Part shown: positions 59,605 to 64,000 of the stretch, piece after piece
How the letters are laid out: each line of letters opens with the position of its first letter
How positions within the stretch are numbered: the first letter of the stretch is position 1
Assembly (NCBI GenBank): GCA_949290865.1
Contig: CASETM010000074.1
Span: 26,998-90,997 of the forward strand
Direction: 5' to 3'
Origin: an uncultured Bacillota bacterium
Lineage (GTDB): Bacteria > Bacillota_I > Bacilli_A > Erysipelotrichales > Coprobacillaceae
Length of the DNA: 64,000 nucleotides
Program-made: the position numbers and the translations under genes
Notes under the pieces: model-generated
The model's input: the letters and a program-made list of their open reading frames with translations, nothing else
What the model was told of the DNA's origin: nothing
The model's database searches: none

Positions 59605-60881
59605 ATGATCACAAATGACATGACAGCACTGATCATCAAAGTAACCAGAATGCCAATAAACAGGCTGACAAGAATGCTTTGAACGTAGAAAACGTGACAC
59701 AGGACATAGGTGAGGATCATTTCCAATGTACATTCAAATGTTGAAACAAAAAACATTTCTTTATTTTTGTTTTTCGCCTGTAAAATAACAGAAAGCGGTG
59801 TCTGCAGATAAAAAAGCAGAAAAGGCAGAGACATGTACTTTAGTTCCTGATATCCTGCAGTTGTATCGTAAAGCAGTTTAAGGGCCTGTTTAGGGAAACA
59901 GAAGAAAATTACAGTGAAAAAAAGACCAATCAGAAAACATGACAGCAAGGCAAGATTCAGATGATAAAAGGTTTCTTTTTTGTGATAGTAAAGATCTTCT
60001 GTCGCAATTGGCAGATAGATACGGTAGATAATATTGCAGAAAAAAGTTGGTGTTACCAGTAAAGAAACAACATATCCAGAAATAATTGCATACTGCTGCT
60101 GAACATAACTCTGTGACAGTCCGACGTTGGTCAAAACATAGATCAGCGTGACTGGTTCCAGAAATGAAATAAAACAGTGGTAAAGTCGTGATCCGGTTAA
60201 TGGCAGAGAAATATGCAGAATATCTTTGATCAGCAGATTTTTTTTGCTGATCTTGACATCAGGTAACTGATAACTGCTGTTAATCTTAAAAAGCATATAG
60301 ATAATTGAACATAATTCGCCAATGCTCATGGAAAGATAAGCAATGGTGACAAGAAACTGAAGATCATCAAACATTGGTTTTCGTAGAATCACATATAAAA
60401 AAAGCAAACGTGCTACTTCTTCAACAATCTGGGTTTTGGCAACAGTAAACATATGATTTTTGGCTAGAAGAAAATTTTTGATGATACCACTGATGGCAAC
60501 CAGCGGAATAAACAGAACAAATGATAAAATCGGGTAAAGTGTTAAACTGTTTTTGAGCAGGCGGTTAGAAATAACTGGGGCGCACATAAGCAGGATCAGG
60601 CACATGACAATAACTGAAAACAATGATAAGATAACAGCGCTGATAACCGTTTTAAAATTATTATAACGAGGATGAGAAACCAGACGAAAGACAGCAGAGG
60701 GTATTCCCAGCTGGCCAATCGTGATACATAAAGACAAAGTTGGCATGATCAGCAGATAAAGTGTCATCGCTTCACTGGGCAGCAGGCGTGCTAATAGCAT
60801 TCTGTTAAAAATACTGAACAGCTTGGAAATGGCACTGCTGGCGGAAAGGATCAAAAATGAATTGATGATTTTTCTTTTCAT
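59583..60881 (-). CDS. spoVB: SpoVB-like MOP-family flippase
   Basis: 12-TM MOP exporter (LPLTGSRL, YAIISGYV..L); spoVB-comN-recJ-apt-rel synteny as in Bacillus. Confidence 0.75.
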   Translation of the reverse strand: MKRKIINSFLILSASSAISKLFSIFNRMLLARLLPSEAMTLYLLIMPTLSLCITIGQLGIPSAVFRLVSHPRYNNFKTVISAVILSLFSVIVMCLILLMCAPVISNRLLKNSLTLYPILSFVLFIPLVAISGIIKNFLLAKNHMFTVAKTQIVEEVARLLFLYVILRKPMFDDLQFLVTIAYLSMSIGELCSIIYMLFKINSSYQLPDVKISKKNLLIKDILHISLPLTGSRLYHCFISFLEPVTLIYVLTNVGLSQSYVQQQYAIISGYVVSLLVTPTFFCNIIYRIYLPIATEDLYYHKKETFYHLNLALLSCFLIGLFFTVIFFCFPKQALKLLYDTTAGYQELKYMSLPFLLFYLQTPLSVILQAKNKNKEMFFVSTFECTLEMILTYVLCHVFYVQSILVSLFIGILVTLMISAVMSFVIIKKDTCN

Positions 60882-60941
60882 AAAATACTTCCTTTATGTC
60901 GAATTTTCATCTATAATATCTAGGGTAGGGGTTGATTTTCA

Positions 60942-61232
60942 ATGAAAGAAAAACAAGATATAAAATTCTGCAAGTACGATCTGAATTTTCTGATTCGTTT
61001 AAAAATACATGAATTTCGCAAACAGGATATAGAAAACATTGATGCAAAACAGATCAAGTCATTTCTATTTAACTATAAATGGAAAAAGAAAAAATCATTA
61101 CCCATGTGTGAAATCATAGATGATGTAATGAACTTAGAGTTTTCAGAATTATTTGACTATTTAAGCGTGGAAGCAGTCAAAGAAGCCAATACTCTAGATC
61201 TTAATAATTTTAAAGAATTCATAGCTAAATAG
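60942..61232 (+). CDS. comN: ComN/YrzD-like post-transcriptional regulator
   Basis: K..EF......ID...I..FL...KWKK......EII.D...L.......YL; divergent from spoVB. Confidence 0.7.
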   Translation: MKEKQDIKFCKYDLNFLIRLKIHEFRKQDIENIDAKQIKSFLFNYKWKKKKSLPMCEIIDDVMNLEFSELFDYLSVEAVKEANTLDLNNFKEFIAK

Positions 61233-61252
61233 TTGTTTGACAACTATTTTTT
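61227..61252 (+). terminator. Intrinsic terminator
   Basis: AAATAGTTG-TTTGA-CAACTATTTTTT. Confidence 0.7.
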
Positions 61253-61270
61253 ATTTCAAAGGAGAAGACG

Positions 61271-62893
61271 ATGAACTGGCAAATCAAACAAAGCTATAAC
61301 TATAAAGAATATATGCAGAATTATTCAATTCATTCATTGCTGGCTAAAGTTCTTGACAGTAAAAATCTTGATGCCGAAGACGTAGAAAAACTGCTGAATC
61401 CTAAACTGAGATATCATGATTTTTCTTTGTTTCTGGATGCAGATATTGCTCTTGACAGAATTTACGAAGCTTTGGACAACGATGAAAAAATCTGCATATA
61501 TGGTGATTATGACTGTGATGGCATCTTATCTACAGCTATTCTCGTTCAGGCATTTTTGTCATTAGGTAAAAAAGTTGGTTATCATATACCTCACCGTATG
61601 GAAGATGGATACGGATTGAATCCTGAAAGAGTCAGACAGATGCATGAAAAAGGATATTCGCTGATCATTACTGTCGATAATGGTATCAAAGCATACGAAG
61701 CTATCGAACTGGCTGATAGTCTGGGGATTGATGTGATCGTGATCGATCATCATGAATATGCAGAATTGCCCAATGCCTGTGCCATCATTCATACTAAACT
61801 TTCTCCTGACTATCCATTCAAGGAAATCTGTGGGGGATTTTTGGCTTATAAACTTGCTAGTGCACTGCTAAAAAAACATGACAAATATCTTTTCTCGTTG
61901 GCAGCGATTACTACCGTGTCAGATATGATGCCACTGGTTGATGAAAACAGATCGCTGGTACAAAGAGCCTTGAAATTCATGGCTGAGGAAAAATTTATGC
62001 AGATTGATTTGCTGCTGGGTGAAAACCAGGCATACAATGTCAATAATATTGGCTTTATTATTGCGCCAAAGATCAACTCATTTGGTCGACTTCCAGAAAT
62101 GATTAATCCTAATCATCTGGTCAGATATTTTCTCAAAGACGTCGATCAGGCTTTTGCTTTAAAAATAGCCAATGCTGCAAAAACGATCAATACCAAAAGA
62201 CAGGAACTGACAACCAGACAATATAATCAGATTCTGAAAAAACAGACTGACGATGATTTTCTGTTTGTTTACGATGAAGATGTTCATGAAGGCATCGTTG
62301 GTCTGATTGCCGGTAAATATACACGTCAGTTTCAGCGACCAAGTTTCGTAATGACCTATGATCAACGAAATGACTGTTACAAAGGTAGTGCTAGAAGTAC
62401 AGAAACAATACCTTTGAACAAAATCTTTGAATCCTTGAAAGAAGATATGCTTCAATATGGTGGTCATGCTTTGGCTGGTGGTTTTACAGTGGCAAAAGAT
62501 CAGGTAGAAAAAATGAAGGCAGATATAAAAGAGTATCTTGCCCATGTAGAACTGGAAGAACCTGCAATTGATACGCTTTTACTGAGCGAAGATGATATTT
62601 CTTTGTACAATATCAAAGAACTGGAAAAACTGGAACCATTTGGTCAGGGGAATGAAGAAATGCTTTTTTTGCTTAAGGATCTCCATGTTCAACAGTCAAA
62701 AGTATTAAGCGGTGGCAAACATATTCGCTATGATGTTTCTTTGCCTTACGGGCAACTGCAGGCTTTGCTGTTTAACTGTCAGAATGCTTTAGAGTTGAAA
62801 AACAGAAAAAACATTTCTGTTGTTGGTAAACTGAAAATCAATAAATATTTGAATAATGAATCAATAAATATGATTATCGAAGATATGAAATAG
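61271..62893 (+). CDS. recJ: Single-stranded DNA exonuclease RecJ
   Basis: GDYDCDG, R.EDGYG, TVDNGI, IDHH, D.MPL..ENR, KGSARS, GGHALAGG, LEPFGQGN. Confidence 0.95.
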   Translation: MNWQIKQSYNYKEYMQNYSIHSLLAKVLDSKNLDAEDVEKLLNPKLRYHDFSLFLDADIALDRIYEALDNDEKICIYGDYDCDGILSTAILVQAFLSLGKKVGYHIPHRMEDGYGLNPERVRQMHEKGYSLIITVDNGIKAYEAIELADSLGIDVIVIDHHEYAELPNACAIIHTKLSPDYPFKEICGGFLAYKLASALLKKHDKYLFSLAAITTVSDMMPLVDENRSLVQRALKFMAEEKFMQIDLLLGENQAYNVNNIGFIIAPKINSFGRLPEMINPNHLVRYFLKDVDQAFALKIANAAKTINTKRQELTTRQYNQILKKQTDDDFLFVYDEDVHEGIVGLIAGKYTRQFQRPSFVMTYDQRNDCYKGSARSTETIPLNKIFESLKEDMLQYGGHALAGGFTVAKDQVEKMKADIKEYLAHVELEEPAIDTLLLSEDDISLYNIKELEKLEPFGQGNEEMLFLLKDLHVQQSKVLSGGKHIRYDVSLPYGQLQALLFNCQNALELKNRKNISVVGKLKINKYLNNESINMIIEDMK

Positions 62894-62945
62894 TTTCAAT
62901 AAGAATAATTATTTGTTATAATTGTTTCATAGGGAGGATGTTAAA

Positions 62946-63464
62946 ATGGATTTAAAAGAATATATTGCAGATATTCCTAATTTTCCTGAAGAAGGAATTA
63001 TTTTTCGTGATGTAACACCACTGTTAAAAGATAGAGCTGCTTTTCAGCAGACAATACAGAAATTTTCAGACTGGGTAGACAGTCTTGATGTAAATGTTGA
63101 TGTCGTTGCTGGACCAGAAGCCAGAGGATTCATTTTTGGCTGTCCACTGGCATATAAAATTAATGCTGGATTTGTACCAGTCAGAAAACCTGGTAAACTG
63201 CCAAGAGAAACTGTCAGTGAAGAATATGCCTTGGAATATGGCAGCAATGAAGTACAGATTCATGCCGACAGTATCAAACCAGGTGAAAATGTCATCATTG
63301 TTGATGATCTGCTGGCAACTGGTGGAACAGTTGAAGCAACTGTTAAACTTATCGAAAAACTGGGTGGACATGTTGCAGGAATAGCCTTTGTGATTGAACT
63401 GGAAGATCTAAAAGGGCGAGAAAAACTTAAGGGATATGAAGTATATTCATTAATTACTTATTAA
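62946..63464 (+). CDS. apt: Adenine phosphoribosyltransferase
   Basis: [38 protein letters not shown]. Confidence 0.97.
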   Translation: MDLKEYIADIPNFPEEGIIFRDVTPLLKDRAAFQQTIQKFSDWVDSLDVNVDVVAGPEARGFIFGCPLAYKINAGFVPVRKPGKLPRETVSEEYALEYGSNEVQIHADSIKPGENVIIVDDLLATGGTVEATVKLIEKLGGHVAGIAFVIELEDLKGREKLKGYEVYSLITY

Positions 63465-63465
63465 C

Positions 63466-63487
63466 AAAGAGAGAGTATCTCTCTTTT
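63466..63487 (+). terminator. Hairpin/terminator between apt and rel
   Basis: AAAGAGAGA-GTA-TCTCTCTTTT. Confidence 0.65.
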
Positions 63488-63508
63488 ATCATATGAGGAG
63501 GTGTGAGC

Positions 63509-64000
63509 ATGAAAGAGTATAAAACCGCAAAAGATACCGTGACAATTGATGATGTCAGAGAAGTTGCATCCACTTATATTACTAAAAAAGAAGATTTTGA
63601 TATGATCAACAAGGCCTATCAGTATATTATGGTCAAGCATAAAGATCAAAAACGAAAAAGTGGAGAACCTTACACGAATCATCTTATCTGGGTAGCTTAT
63701 ATTCTGGCAACCTTGCAGACTGGTCCTTTGACTATCACTGCCGGTCTTTTACATGATGTCATGGAAGACTGTGATGTTTCTCGAGAAGAAATGGTGGAAA
63801 ACTTTGGTGAAGAAATCACAACGCTTGTTGAAGGGGTAACAAAGATCAGTCAGATGCCTTTTAAAGACGAATCAGATTTTTATGCTGAAAATCATCGCAA
63901 GATATATATCGCGATGGCAAAAGACATTCGTGTCATTTTGATCAAATTTGCTGACCGACTGCACAACATGCGAACTTTACAGTTTATGCCTCCTGAAAAA
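63509..64000 (+). CDS. relA: Bifunctional (p)ppGpp synthetase/hydrolase Rel (5' part; runs off window end)
   Basis: Not in the ORF track. ATG 63509 after GAGGAGG; HKDQKRKSGEPY, GLLHDVMED, EGVTK, LIKFADRLHNMRTL. Confidence 0.95.
   Translation, partial: MKEYKTAKDTVTIDDVREVASTYITKKEDFDMINKAYQYIMVKHKDQKRKSGEPYTNHLIWVAYILATLQTGPLTITAGLLHDVMEDCDVSREEMVENFGEEITTLVEGVTKISQMPFKDESDFYAENHRKIYIAMAKDIRVILIKFADRLHNMRTLQFMPPEK

Noticed and set aside
61232-61271. secDF is absent between comN and recJ compared with Bacillus synteny
   Set aside because: Lineage-level gene-order difference with no scar; the gene may be elsewhere or absent and this cannot be judged from the window.
489-63682. The many short antisense or alternate-frame ORFs in the track (e.g. 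489-755, 11943-12422, 25697-26074, 62159-62545)
   Set aside because: They are shadows of well-supported genes, with no SD or family motifs.
1-64000. CRISPR array, IS/transposase, integrase or prophage genes
   Set aside because: I saw no regularly spaced repeats and no ORF with transposase, integrase or phage structural motifs; a by-eye scan could miss short degenerate remnants.

Overview
This is a chromosomal segment of a low-GC, probably spore-forming Firmicute. An Erysipelotrichales/Coprobacillaceae-like organism is inferred from gene content, a spoVB-like gene and Bacillus-like synteny; this was not checked against a database. Most of the window is core genome: a wall teichoic acid locus (tagGH, tagD, three TagF/TagB-family genes), three tRNAs (Lys-CTT, Ser-GCT, Asp-GTC), nudF, an RluA-family gene, a ROK kinase, mnmA-recD2, T-box-alaS-ireB-ruvX-DUF1292, mltG-trmR-trhP1/P2-udk-greA, pnp-maf, pfk, htpG, two Na/Pi cotransporters, a T-box-controlled amino-acid ABC operon, and spoVB-comN-recJ-apt-rel (rel runs off the end). 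The first ~6.8 kb is accessory. I found no CRISPR array, transposase, integrase or prophage. Best leads: (1) a fluoride (crcB-class) riboswitch controlling an NHA2/SLC9B-like cation:proton antiporter, a candidate non-canonical fluoride-resistance transporter; (2) an unannotated ~95-nt sRNA with its own promoter and terminator, whose C-rich loop can pair over the start codon of an orphan MazF/EndoA toxin 4 kb away, a speculative RNA-antitoxin-like system; (3) an Arg-specifier T-box operon ending in an uncharacterised PLP aminotransferase; (4) an inverted 20/21-nt copy of the tRNA-Lys anticodon arm; (5) two adjacent genes broken by single-base homopolymer frameshifts; (6) tandem CIRCE elements on htpG, Pho-box-like repeats, and a perfect TGTGA-N6-TCACA site at pfk. 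All family calls come from motif recognition by eye; no searches or folding programs were run.
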